The notes under the pieces are model-generated. The model saw nothing but the letters and a program-made list of their open reading frames with translations, was not told where the DNA came from and did no database searches. A stretch of 64,000 bases of DNA from Octopus bimaculoides (Eukaryota), in assembly GCF_001194135.2 (NCBI RefSeq), contig NC_068985.1, positions 42,105,549-42,169,548 of the forward strand. The letters run 5' to 3'. Position 1 is the first letter of the stretch. Every line of letters begins with the position of its first letter. Below are positions 11,447 through 24,227 of this stretch, in pieces. The position numbers were made by a program, and so were the translations under genes.

Positions 11447-13026
11447 GGAATGTGCGCACGCTTCTTGACAATAAGTCTCCAGGGTCTGATGGAATCTGAG
11501 CAGAAGTCTTGAAATATGGGGGTGACAAAATGTTTGAACTCTTAAATATATTAATTTGTTACTGTTGGAGAACTGAGAAAGTGCCTCAAGACTGGATTGA
11601 TGCCATTTTAGTCTCCTTGTATGAATCGGGGCCAAAGGATCTGTGTGGTAATTTTCGTGGGATTTCGCTTTTGTCTGTGGCTAGAAAGGTACTTGCCCGC
11701 ATGTTAGAACGTTTAAATACTTTTATAGTTCCAAATAGAGTGTCTGGGTCTCAGTGTGGTTTTCGTTCCTCAAGGGGCACAGCTGATTGTATCTTTACTG
11801 TCAGACAATTACAAGAAAAGTGACTGAACAGAATCTTGCTCTATACCATTGCTTTATTGATTTGAGAAAAGCATTCGATACTGTTAATCGAAATGCTTTG
11901 TGACTAATTCTAAGGAAAATAGGTTGAAAAAAACAGTTGTAATGCATCAACCTGTGTGTTTGTAACCCCACTAAAATTTTTGTTAAGGGAAAGTTACTTG
12001 AGGTTGTCGATTCATTCATCTAACTTGGAAGCTCTGTTCAAAATGATGGAAATCTTGATACAGAAATATAGCTGCGAATTCACAGGACAGCAAAAGCATT
12101 TGGTGGCTTGGAGTCATACATTTGGTGCCAGCAACATATAAATAAGAATACTAAGCTGGCTCTTTACAAATCATTTGTCTTACCATCCCTGTTGTATTCC
12201 TATGAAACTTGGACTTGTTATGAAAGGCATTTTAAACTGTTTGAACAATTCCACCAAAAATGCCTTCATCGTATTTTAAAAATTAAATGGAGTTCTGTTA
12301 CTCCAAACACAGATGTCCTTGCATCTGCAGGCATTACCTCAATTAAAGCCATGATTTTGAGGAACCAATTGAGATGGTGTGGCCACATTGTTCGAATGGC
12401 AGATGAACGCATGCCGAAACAGCTGTTTTATGGTGAGCTTGCAGAGGGGAAACCTAAAAAGAAGGTTTAAGAACGGCATAAGGACTACTATGAAGTTATT
12501 TGGAATGGTTCCAGAAGATATAGAAACCCTTGCTTCAGATCGAGATGGATGGCGAACAAAGGTGTGGAGTGGAGTAAAAGCATTTGAAGAGGCCAGGATA
12601 ACGCAAGTAAGACTCAAAAGAGATCTAAAGAAGAATGTAACGATCGAGAAGGTGAGTGACAATGACCTTTTTGTGTGCACAGCCTGTGACAGACCGTGCC
12701 TGTCTTTGGCTGGCCTCAAATTTCATCTGCGAACGCATGGAAAACGAACCTCTACCAACTATTCTGACTATATGTCTGTGCACACCTTTGAATGCAGTGT
12801 ATGCCAGAAGGTTTGTAAATCCAACGGAGGCCTCAAAAGACATGTTAAGATCCATAAAGAGCAGAGCTTATCTGCAGGTATTGGCGGTCCAAGTCAAAGG
12901 TGCAATCTGTGTGGGTGTCTTTTCAGAACACTGTCTGGTTTAAAAAGCCACATCAGACGCCATGATGGTGCTAAGGTGTAGGTACAGGACGTGGTCAAAC
13001 TCTGTATAAGGAGTAGGCAATCACCA
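11447..13026 (+). mobile_element. Degraded RTE-clade LINE with internal RT deletion and three C-terminal C2H2 zinc fingers
   Basis: KSPGSDGI.AEVLK, NFRGISLLS, QCGFRSSRGTADCIFTVRQLQEK, LLYS.ETW, LRWCGHIVRM..ERMPKQLFYGEL, then CxxC...HxxxH x3 (12670-12963) and TAG at 12979-12981. The short 3' UTR runs into an N gap. Confidence 0.88.
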
Positions 13027-13369
13027 TNNNNNNNNNNNNNNNNNNNNNNNNNNNNNNNNNNNNNNNNNNNNNNNNNNNNNNNNNNNNNNNNNNNNNNNNN
13101 NNNNNNNNNNNNNNNNNNNNNNNNNNNNNNNNNNNNNNNNNNNNNNNNNNNNNNNNNNNNNNNNNNNNNNNNNNNNNNNNNNNNNNNNNNNNNNNNNNTC
13201 ACAGGTGTAATTAGTTGACGCCGTGCCAACCACTGAAGAATGGTGTCTCCAGCTTTTCCTAATTGAATGATAGTCCACGATTCCTCTAAGATTGATTCGT
13301 CCCTTTGCTTCTTTTACTACTTATCTCCCCCTTAATTTTTATTTACTTACTTTAACCAAACTGAACAAT

Positions 13370-13450
<81 letters not shown>
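13370..13450. repeat. Compound (TAC)n(AC)n microsatellite
   Basis: Read directly. Confidence 0.95.
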
Positions 13451-13452
<2 letters not shown>

Positions 13453-14041
13453 TATGTTCATGTGTTTGATGGGAGTATGCAACTCATTCAAAGTATACGT
13501 CACTTTTAATGAATCTCGACAGTTCTCAATGAGAAAACTGCCGGCTACTTAGTCTGAAGCATGTAAACCTTTAATGAAACTAGCGACTTATTTAATATAT
13601 ATATATATATATATATATTCACATATTTTTCTTTACATAAGTTTTTTTTTTCAGCTTACAGTTTAAACTGAGTCGACTTTTGACTAATTACTACCACATA
13701 ATGTCGCCATGAGTGAATTGGACAACTGAAGTTGTAACATTATAAGTAAAATTACATAGACAATAATGAAGCAAACGAAGGTAATATATGTAATATATGT
13801 CAGGTGAGAAAGGTGAATCTAATAGATGTTTCCCTCGAAATAATGTTTGTTGCTTAATATAAGCAACTAATGTCAGAAACTAAGATTTTGCACAGGTTAA
13901 AAGCTATGTTAGGTGACAATGCTATTGTTGAGTTGGTTTATTTTTAATCATTGTCCATAGTGTGGCTGTTACTCAATAGGGTTGCTTCCCAGCAATTGTT
14001 CTTGCCATGAGAGAAAAATAAAGAAACTCTCTCTCAGTAGC

Positions 14042-14073
<32 letters not shown>

Positions 14074-14097
14074 ACTTCACGCTTTCTCGTCTTCTCT

Positions 14098-14147
<50 letters not shown>

Positions 14148-14368
14148 AGACACACACACACGCACGCACGCATGCATGCACATGCAACAACATGCTTAAG
14201 TACAAGCAGTAACCCCACACTCTCATAGGAACACCTACTCTCATACACTGTCACCAGCACGTTTCCGCGGCCACTTTTCCACAGACAGCGATTTATACAT
14301 ACAGACACAGATACATACATACATACATACATGTAGGCATGGAAGTGTGTGTGTATAGATAGGTAGAA

Positions 14369-14548
14369 ATACCTACCTACCTACCTACCTACCTACCTAC
14401 CTACTTACCTACCTACCTACCTACTTACCTACCTACCTACCTACCTACCTACCTACCTACCNNNNNNNNNNCTTACCTACCTACCTACCTACTTACCTAC
14501 CTACCTACCTACCTACCTACCTACCTACCTACCTACTTACCTACCTAT
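14369..14548. repeat. (ACCT)n microsatellite spanning a small N gap
   Basis: Read directly. Confidence 0.95.
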
Positions 14549-14861
14549 CTAATACATACATGCATATCTACATACATACAACCGTACACATACATATATA
14601 CGTACATATGTATACATAAACGTGCTATGACAACGATGTTTCCATTCATGCATAAGGGTACACACATACACAAACAGTTACTTATATACATACATACATA
14701 CATACATACATACATACATACAAACATACATACAAACATACATACATACATACATACATACATACATACGCGCATGTATGCATACATGGACGCATTCATA
14801 CATACTGACAAAACGTAGTATTTATAAACAAAATGTCATGCATGACGACGTTGCTTTAAAG

Positions 14862-15317
14862 CAGGAGTCGCCAAACTTTTTCGATCATCGACCCACTTCT
14901 CCTTCCGCATCGACCACTTTCCTCACTGAAAACATCTTAATATCCTACCTTACCGTACCATATCTTAAATGCGTATCGGGTATTAATGCTGGCAATTAAA
15001 ATGTTAGCTAAAATATACATGTACGACAAATTAAGAAATTCTATTTAAGATGATACACTTTCTACATTTAAAACTACGAGTACGCGTTTACAGCATTAAA
15101 TTTTCAATTTTTATGAAATTGTTTTCACGGTTAGAAAATGTGAAAAACGCATCATGTTTTCTCACGTTTCGTGGCGCTGACTAAGTATTTCAAGCATTTC
15201 ATCTGGGTGAGCTGGTCTTTCGCATGCCAACCTCTATTTGACTCCTTGGCTATCGTCGACCCCTGTGATTCCTCGCCGATCGCTAGGGGTCCCCTGCACT
15301 TCCTTTCGCGACCCCTG
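14862..15317. mobile_element. hAT (Charlie-type) MITE
   Basis: TIRs CAGGAGTCGCCAAA / TTTCGCGACCCCTG. 8-bp TSD CTTTAAAG (14854-14861) / CTCTAAAG (15318-15325). Confidence 0.8.
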
Positions 15318-15589
15318 CTCTAAAGCTTCAAAGATATACCGACATGGACAACAAAAGTAATTTATTTTGGGCAAACAAGCAGGGTATGAATGTTAGCTAT
15401 CACTTAAAAGGTTAGACTTAAAAGGTTAATGCAATAAAGAAATAAGAAATAAGAACGAAATACGGATGCAGGCTCAGTTACTCTCATCATGAGCAGATTT
15501 CCGAAGTTGCTTCATGATACCTATCTAATCGGCACGATGTGCTGGCTAAATATTGTCAGTGCAATTCACAGAAAAGGATAATCTTAAAG

Positions 15590-15830
15590 ATAAAAGTGTA
15601 AGATGGAATAGTCATAGGGCGGGCATAATTACTCATAATATAAATAAATGCTGGTGGAATGTTCTTGTCGAAACCCCCAAGAAAAGGCAAATATAATAGA
15701 TCAGATATGGTTATTGTGAATACGGAGAAAATTCCCGTATACACGATCATTGTAACACTTACCCATCAGATGTCAATATAATGTTAAAAGTAAGTGAAAA
15801 GTATTACAACTATATCCAACGAATGTGCAA
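15590..15830 (+). mobile_element. R4/Dong-like LINE restriction-like endonuclease fragment (degraded)
   Basis: Homologous to the better-preserved copy at 18135-18690 (WWNV.V.T...R.D...). Confidence 0.55.
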
Positions 15831-16002
15831 TCTACCAGCAATCATTTGGTACTCATTTCAACTGAATAAAATGGAGTAACGTGAAATAAGGTGCCTTGCT
15901 GAAGAACATAATGCATCGCTCGGTCCAGGAACAGTGCCCATGATTTTATGATCGTAAGTCTAACATTCTAACCATTAAGCCATGTGCCTTCTTATGTATA
16001 CA

Positions 16003-16877
16003 TACACGAGATGCAGGCCAGAAGTTTTGAGACCTTTTCAGGAGAAGCAGTTACAACTGTCCTAGATTATTGTAATGTCAATATATCATTACTATACAGC
16101 CAATAAGCTGAGCTGCCAACTTTTGTTGTTCCAGGAAGACGACTTTAACAGCACTGAACACACTCTACTAAACACTGCTTGTCACAGCTGACTAGTTATG
16201 CAGTCGGGACGAGAAGGCAACTTGGAAGCTTGCTATACAGTAAAGTTTCGTGTTGAACTTGGCAAAAACGTTGCAGAAACTTGTGAAATGCTCAACACTG
16301 CTTATGGGTTAACTTGTATGAGCCGAGCGTCTGTTTTCCGCTAGCACAAAAGACCAGGTAAAGCAAGTCCATGGGGAATTTCATGATAATCCTCCTTGTC
16401 AACAAGAGCATCATATACATCTACTGAATTCTCCCTGGCCTGACGGTTAACGAAGATACTTTGTGTAAATTTCGAGGGAGTTTAGGGAGTAGATTTTGTC
16501 ACAAAAGGCCAGAGATCTTCCGTTCTGGTCGGTGGTTCCTGCACCAGGAAAAGGCACCACTCAACAATTCCATTCTCGTAACCAACTACTCGACAGAGAT
16601 GAGCATCAAAACTGTCCTCCACCATTCCTATAGTCCAGACCTTAACCTTGTGACTTGGTTGCTCCCTTCTGAAGGAGAAGATGAAGGAGGCTGCGATAAA
16701 GGTCCTGAACGCCTTCACTTTGGAGGACTTCCATGGGCCTTCACGAAGTGACTGGAGCGCTGCAACAAGTGCATTGGATTAGGAGGATCCTACTTTGAAG
16801 GAGATTAGAGATTTGTACTTCTTTGAAATTAATGTCCCTCCGGAAAAAGTCTGAAAACTTTTAGAGTGTACCTTGTA
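16003..16877 (+). mobile_element. Internally deleted mariner transposon
   Basis: Remnants KFRVELGKNVAETCEML..AYG and WFLHQ..AP, HHSYSPDL (YSPDL motif). Degenerate TIRs sharing AAGTTTT.AGAC.TTTTC, flanked by TA. Confidence 0.8.
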
Positions 16878-18134
16878 TATAAGTCAAATTTTCAGATCCA
16901 CACGTTTAGTGATATCCATACTTGCACAAATGCATTGGTGCACACGTGTACATATTCATAGAAATACGCAGTGTGCATATCTATCTACATACATACACAT
17001 ATACACACATAAATACAGAGATACCAACAAACATACATGTATACAGACGCATACATACAATATATACGTACACACACACACACACACACACATGATGGAA
17101 GTCAATTCGTACCCGAGTACGACCACTTCTTCGGAGGTCGTAAATTCCTTGGTTGTTACCAGAGAAACGCGCAAAGAGAGGACACTTGGTGTGGGGTTGC
17201 TGGACAATTCCAGAATTAGACAAACTTTACTGAGACCAGCCTTTCTAGGTCCTTCCTGATTATTAGAACTGCTCAGTCACTCGAGGGATTGCTGAATCTC
17301 TCCATCGCCAAAGTGTGTTGTCCAAGAAGTTCCTGTGCGCAAAATTGAATGTAGTGAGTGAATTGTTTACATAACTTCTCTTACTTTTCAGATGTAACAG
17401 CTTTCCTCCAGATGGCCAAGTATTGGCTGAGACACCCTGATGCTGAACGTTCTGCAGATTTCATTGCAGTATTTAGTCTCATGGTTTGTCATATAGTCTT
17501 CGTTGGTAGGTCACAATATTAAATAGGCAGCATGGAAAGAATGACCAGACTGTATTTAATTGAGTTATTCAAATATTTTATTAACCCACGTCGCTTATAT
17601 TTACATGCATAAATATAAATAAAATATAAAAATAAATTAACATAGGCATTAATTCATTTTATGGTGACACTTTTCCTTTTATGGTAATATTGTAGATCGT
17701 GCTTATGAGAGCTATGTTCCAAAGCTCCGCATAGACCGCACTATGAGAATATTCTTTTCTTTGTGTTGCGGCGCGCTTGTTCACCATGTGTATTTCTTTG
17801 TCCCTGCACAATTGCTTGATAGTCGTTGATACCACGTTATCCATCATTATGATAGGTGTTGTTTCTATGTTCTGCGGGGATCCTAACAAACCTCCTTTCC
17901 AAGTGAGCGTGAAGAAGAGCCGTTTCACCCGGCGGCGATTCGACCATACAGCATATTGTGTCAGACTACACATTGCTAGTAGCATTCATGAGCGATCTGG
18001 CATACATACACGCATACATATAGACACAAATGAAAACATACATATACACGCATACTTACATTTACACACATACAAATACATGTATACGCATACACACATA
18101 CATGAATACATACATACATACATACATACATACA

Positions 18135-18690
18135 TAAGCAGTTATCTGAAAATGTCACCACGGTATTATCTACCGATGAAATATGATGTGGCTAGGACAC
18201 TATGTAATGAAATCCGTCGGAAAGATAACTCCGAGGACAAAGAAATAAGAACACACGGTATGGTAGAAGCCATAGTCACTCATAATAAAAAGAAGTAATG
18301 GTGGAATGTCCCAGTAAAGACCTTAATAAAATGTAAGCATAACAGACCTGATATAATGATTTGGGATACAGGAGAGAAACTGAGCACAGTTGTGGAAATT
18401 AGCTGCCCAGCGGATGTTAACATAAAGCTGAAGATCAGTGAAAAAGAGAATACCTACGTTGAACTCTTGAGAAATCTGCAGTTACTCTATCCAGATTACA
18501 AGTTCAGATTTATACTTATAATTATTGGGGGTCTTGGGTTTATGTAATACACTGCCTAAATATCAATCTTTAGAAATTAAGCTTCTCAAAACCAGAAAGG
18601 AGAAAGCTAATTCGAAGACTACAGTTCCAATCCATCACTGGAACTGTGAAAATCTGTTAAACTTTCCAGAAGTTTTTCATTTAAATATAT
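18135..18690 (+). mobile_element. R4/Dong-like (RLE-type) LINE 3' end
   Basis: WWNVPVKT..KCKHNRPDIMIWD...TVVEISCPADVN...EK...Y...IIIG.LG is a PD-(D/E)xK restriction-like endonuclease signature. Confidence 0.75.
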
Positions 18691-19089
18691 ATATGAGCAT
18701 GTCTAGATATGCAACTATATGCATGGGAATACATGCATAAAGCAAAACATACATATCTGCACTTATACATACATACATACATACATACATACATACATAC
18801 AAAAATACCCTGTTGTTGATGTTGAAATTCCAATGAAGGTGTCTTGAATCTAGGTTAGAAAGCGGCTCTTGCTCTATTGGCAAGAAATCTTGAAATAAAA
18901 CTGGATAATGACATACATACATACATACATACATAGACCTCAAACAATAGGGAACACAACCGATTGAATAACAACAAAACTGAGATAAACATGCTACCAT
19001 TGCACGAACGGTATGAACAATAATACTGAACAATAATATTGAGTGAAGAATATAAACAAATGAAAGCACAAAAGACAACAAAATTCAAT

Positions 19090-20070
19090 TAAAACCCATA
19101 TTCCCTTTATATTAATAAACAATTACATGAGAGAACAATTACCACACAAATCGATACAAACCGTACCAACCTGGTGTTATCTGCAATGGACAAAGTAACT
19201 AAAACACAACTAGCAAAGACCAAAAATCGCAACTTTTGGACATTGAATGTTCTGCTGATAGCCATTCACCAAAAGAAATTGATTGTAACGAGAAGAAACA
19301 ACCAAAATGAATTGTTTATTTTCAGACAGATATTGAGAGATTCAGAAAAAAATGTTGAACAATTAGAAATCATTAAGGGAAAACAGAATAATAAATTCAG
19401 GTTATGATTGATTATCAACTCTTTGAAAGATTATTTGAAATCTACAGGAACTGTCGACACGAAACATAACGAACTGCGAGCAGTTTGTGACAATTTCGTT
19501 ATAAAATAAACTTTTAGGACGGAAAACCGTTAATAGTATTTCTACAAAACCAACAAACGGCGTGTCGCAGTATGAAAAACCATACCATCAAGGTCGTAAA
19601 AGCCCGTTCTAAGAATGAGCTAAATTCCTTTTGGTGAGAGATCTGGAATGTAAAAAACGACATCAACATGATGCAGTTTGGTTAGATTAGCTACAGGGTG
19701 ACTATTGCGCAAACAATTCTCCTAAAATTTATAATATCAATAGTGAAATTCTCCTGACAATTGCAAAACTACCGATGTGCAGTCATGATTAAATAAAGGT
19801 GTCTGGGATTGTGTCGAAGAGCTACTCATCAACAAAGTTGTCCTTACGGAAGCAAAACAGCATTGCCGAAATCTGCAGATCTATGACTACACTACAAGAA
19901 GGCGTATGACTCTCTTCCTCATTCATGGATAATAGAATTACTGCACATTGCTAAGGTTTCAACTTCTATAATCCATGCTATTAAAAGACTCACATAGAAC
20001 ACAGAGATATTAAATAAGAACTGAAACTCCCATTATAGTCACTCACAAAATTAGGATAAGAGTAGGAATA
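19090..20070 (+). mobile_element. Degraded R4/Dong-like LINE RT-region fragment
   Basis: Frameshifted remnants FW..IW, E.LLINKVVL.EAK, YKKAYDSLPHSWIIELL. Confidence 0.65.
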
Positions 20071-20555
20071 TTTCAGGGATATATGAATGGAGTTTGGTTT
20101 GGACAAGCATTCATATTAGGTAATCATACGAGGAAAGATTATCGTCCAGGCAAGGAATATGGATATCAATGGATTGCTCATCTTCCCTCCTGAAGAGACC
20201 CACAACCTGAAAGATGTTAATATCTACTGGTTACTTTCATATCGGCAATTACACTGAGAGACTCTGTTAAACCGAGAGATGGGGACAAAAGCATAAGGTT
20301 AGTCCAGACGTCCTTTGAATGGTCGCATCGTATTACTTTGTAACAAGTAGTGAACAGTGGAGACAGAAATAAGTACATCGTACCTGTACTTAGCAGCGAA
20401 AAGAATAGTATCATAAGATTAGGGGGAAAATACCTGAATAGGAACTCTGAGTGTACAACTGTTCCATATGAAATAAGGTTAGCTGCACACAGACTTAACC
20501 AGAACCTTAAAGGAGAAATACTCTTTATGTCAGCAGAAAGTTACGCATGGATATA

Positions 20556-21852
20556 TGTAGTGAAACTACCTACCGCCATTAGATACAAAACTGCTATCGC
20601 CATTCTTCTCATTTAAATATAAACAAACGCGAACGTAGGGGAAAACACCAGCCTTGTCATCACGTGACTGATTATTATTTGAAGCGGCAAATTCTTCGAA
20701 CCTTTCCCGCCAGAACGCAAACTGACCAATCACAGCCCTTAATAAGGTCACGTGATAGTGTTTTTCTATCACCGTCTGAGAGCCCCCTTAACGCTATAAA
20801 TAGATCAACTCATACCCACCAAATTTGTCTCGGTCCAGTTTCTCTTAGAGNNNNNNNNNNNNNNNNNNNNNNNNNNNNNNNNNNNNNNNNNNNNNNNNNN
20901 NNNNNNNNNNNNNNNNNNNNNNNNNNNNNNNNNNNNNNNNNNNNNNNNNNNNNNNNNNNNNNNNNNNNNNNNNNNNNNNNNNNNNNNNNNNNNNNNNNNN
21001 NNNNNNNNNNNNNNNNNNNNNNNNNNNNNNNNNNNNNNNNNNNNNNNNNNNNNNNNNNNNNNNNNNNNNNNNNNNNNNNNNNNNNNNNNNNNNNNNNNNN
21101 NNNNNNNNNNNNNNNNNNNNNNNNNNNNNNNNNNNNNNNNNNNNNNNNNNNNNNNNNNNNNNNNNNNNNNNNNNNNNNNNNNNNNNNNNNNNNNNNNNNN
21201 NNNNNNNNNNNNNNNNNNNNNNNNNNNNNNNNNNNNNNNNNNNNNNNNNNNNNNNNNNNNNNNNNNNNNNNNNNNNNNNNNNNNNNNNNNNNNNNNNNNN
21301 NNNNNNNNNNNNNNNNNNNNNNNNNNNNNNNNNNNNNNNNNNNNNNNNNNNNNNNNNNNNNNNNNNNNNNNNNNNNNNNNNNNNNNNNNACGACATCACA
21401 ACTAGTGATCAGCTCTGCCACACTCAGCCTCTCCTCACTTTCACATACAGAACTTTTCCTATAGTGTACTAAAAAACTGGTATAATTGCTCACGTGTTAT
21501 TGACTCTTTCTATTTGCTGTAATAACTCACATACACATACATGTATCACTCACATACACACTTTTCTTTGTATGACGGCCTGTCTTTGATTATGTTCTTA
21601 TATGTCGCATTCACACTCTCACACAGACATACATTTTTAACGCCACAATAAATATCTCTGTTATTCATCTAATACGGTTGTGGTCTTTCATTACTGGTCA
21701 CATATGTTATCGTCGTATAACATATCATATATATCACCTTTGATATATATTTTGTGTGTTCGACCGTGTGACACGTTTAAATAAAAGGAGTCCTCTGTTT
21801 TTCCATTCGTCACCATTTCTCCTTTTATGAGTTCTCACGGTCGTATCTTACA
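20556..21852 (+). mobile_element. Probable LTR (solo LTR, or two LTR halves with the interior collapsed in the N gap)
   Basis: Starts TGTAGTG and ends CTTACA. CCAAT (~20727) and CTATAAATAG (~20794) lie before the gap and AATAAA (~21780) after it. 4-bp TATA on both flanks as candidate TSD, though the flanks are low-complexity. Confidence 0.55.
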
Positions 21853-23345
21853 TATATATATAAGCTGCAAAATTTCTTTGGTTTAAACTTCATCCTGATT
21901 CATTTACGTTACTATGTGTTCAAATGATGTTAGAACCTGTCTCGCCTCAACATGGGTTATGTTTATTATTGTGAGATCGTCCATGAAACCCCTTACTGGC
22001 TGTTGTTGGTTGTTTTACTTCATTCTCGGTCCTTGAAATTCTTTATAAGCTGTTATTATTAGGTTAATTCCCATGATGAAAAGAATGGAGGAAATTGTGC
22101 AACCAGTTACAATTATCTTCTTCAAGATTCCTACTAAGTTGTAAAGTAGGTTGTTTCGAAGCGCAACTGGATGCCTCTGAAGTAGCTAGTGACCATTATC
22201 TTAATGTACAGTGGGATGTGGTTATGATCTAGGATTGCATGGACTAGCTGGAGTGTGTTCCGCCCTTCCGTTTGCCGTCCACAGAAAACACATATTGCCT
22301 ACACAAAATACCTTAAAACAGGATAAAAAGTGCCGCCCGGGGCGGACCGCCCCGCCCCAGCTATCTTAGTGACTGCATGTATGATGACTTGAAGGGTTGA
22401 TCCGCATGCATTGACCAAACCTTGCGAAACCCCTGTCATGTCACTTTTGCTTTTTTCGGCGTTCCAAATCATTTTGATGATTTTGTTTCAGTCAAATGAA
22501 AGCTATATGTCTACGTCCTGTTTATTGATATCTTCTCGGTGTATCTTACAGAAGAAATACTTTGGTATTATTAACTATCAGAAAAGATTAAAAAAAAAAA
22601 AGCTTATGGATTAGACAGTTCATAACTCTNNNNNNNNNNTTATATAATTCTTAAGCTTAATGTCAGTAGCCATCCCCTAGTTTATGAAAAAAATACAAAA
22701 ATCATTGTAAAGAACTGTGTGCTTCACAGTTCCAGCGACGCGGTGTTTGGCTATTGTGCGCATCCTCACATGTCCGAGATAGGAAGCTTCACACTAGAAA
22801 GTGAGCACTGCGTGAACGACAGTGCCGGGTGAAAGGTAGTGTTTCTTTTTGACTCCGTGTGAGTTGTGCTTAAAACGTGTTTATATTATTGAATGTGATA
22901 AGTGTAGAATTAGATTATTATCCTGCTTCCAATTTCAGTGTTGCTGATAGGATTTGAAAAGTAGGCACCCCCCATTTTGTGATTTAGTGGGGATTTTTAA
23001 AAAAACAAGGGATAACTCGCGGCGATGTTTAGTAAACAAATTAAACACACTAGCTGGCAGTGGCTAAAATGCGAACCGATCAAGTTTATGCATAAATTTT
23101 CTTTTTATACGTTTGTTTCCTTTTACACAATATTAAAACAACGACTAAAACCTTTTTGAATCAACACCGCCACTAATTTTATCTACGAGCCGTCACTGCT
23201 CTTGACTCATTGCTGTTGTTATTGCTGTTTAATCCTTCGATCAAAGAATCACATGATCAACCCATAAGTTTTTCAAAAACAATTATCTAGAATTGTATTT
23301 GCTAATATGATTGTAGAAGATCATCGTCGTGTGGTCAAGTTGGCT

Positions 23346-24227
23346 GCGTGTATAATCACCTTGATCACCTTGACCGACCAATCCATCGGGCGTCCATTTG
23401 ACACCACTGGTCACAACACGCTGTCCACTCCTCTCTGGATCGCGCCTTCCTCATCCACGTGGTCTCAATCGCCCTCCTAAAATCGTAATTCCATCGTCGT
23501 GGAGGCCTTCCGAGTGGTCGTTTCCGCTCGCGCGGGTACCACTCGACAACTGCGCGGGTCCACCGATTATCGGTGAGCCGGGCGACGTGTCCAGCCCATC
23601 TAAACTTGCTGCGCATTTATTCTACGGTGACATCCCTCACGCCGGACTTCTGTCTGATGACCTCGCTACTGATGTGCTCTCTCAAAGAGATTCCAAGCAT
23701 TGACCTCTCCATGGCTCTTTGAACTGTTACCAATCTCTTCAAAACTTTTCACCGCATGTCTCGAGCAGATCTTCAGAGGCATCGACTGGCAAGGCGGCGT
23801 CAACATCAATGGCAAGCTATTCACCCACCTCCGTTTCGCTTATGATATTGTAATCATCGCTGAAACCACGGATCAGCTTCAGAGGATGCTGACGGAGCTC
23901 GACATCAAAAGCTCTGCAGTAGGTCTCAAAATGAACCGCATGAAAACGAAGTTCATGCGATCCGACAATATACCAACAGGTCGAATTGATGAAATAGGTA
24001 AAGGAATATGTCTACCTGGGACAAAGTGAATATGTGCCGCGACATCGAAAAGGAGATCTCGCGGAGAATAAGGGCCGGATGGAAGGCGTTTAATGGCATA
24101 AAGGATGTGCTCAAGGGAAGGGTGGACAGGACCACCCGCGCCAACCTCATAAATAGCACAGTTCTACCTGCAATGTTATATGGTAGTGAAACATGGGCTA
24201 CAACAAAGAGAGAAGAGCGTGTATAAT
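23346..24227 (-). mobile_element. 5'-truncated RTE LINE with inverted 5' segment and 11-bp TSD
   Basis: TSD GCGTGTATAAT at 23346-23356 and 24217-24227. Sense 3' segment on minus (23357-23738; FRWAGHVARL.DNRWT...RPLGRPPRRW; CAAGGTGAT tail repeats). RT segment on plus (23730-24217; HLRFA.DI, LYGSETW). Confidence 0.9.

Noticed and set aside
17150-17990. 5' end of an RLE-type retroelement with an N-terminal zinc finger on the minus strand
   Set aside because: The motif needs several assumed frameshifts and is too degraded to call.
20664-21493. Long ORFs containing X runs (also 12894-13278, 37526-38116, 39328-39612, 48499-48860, 49943-50515)
   Set aside because: Artefacts of reading through N gaps.
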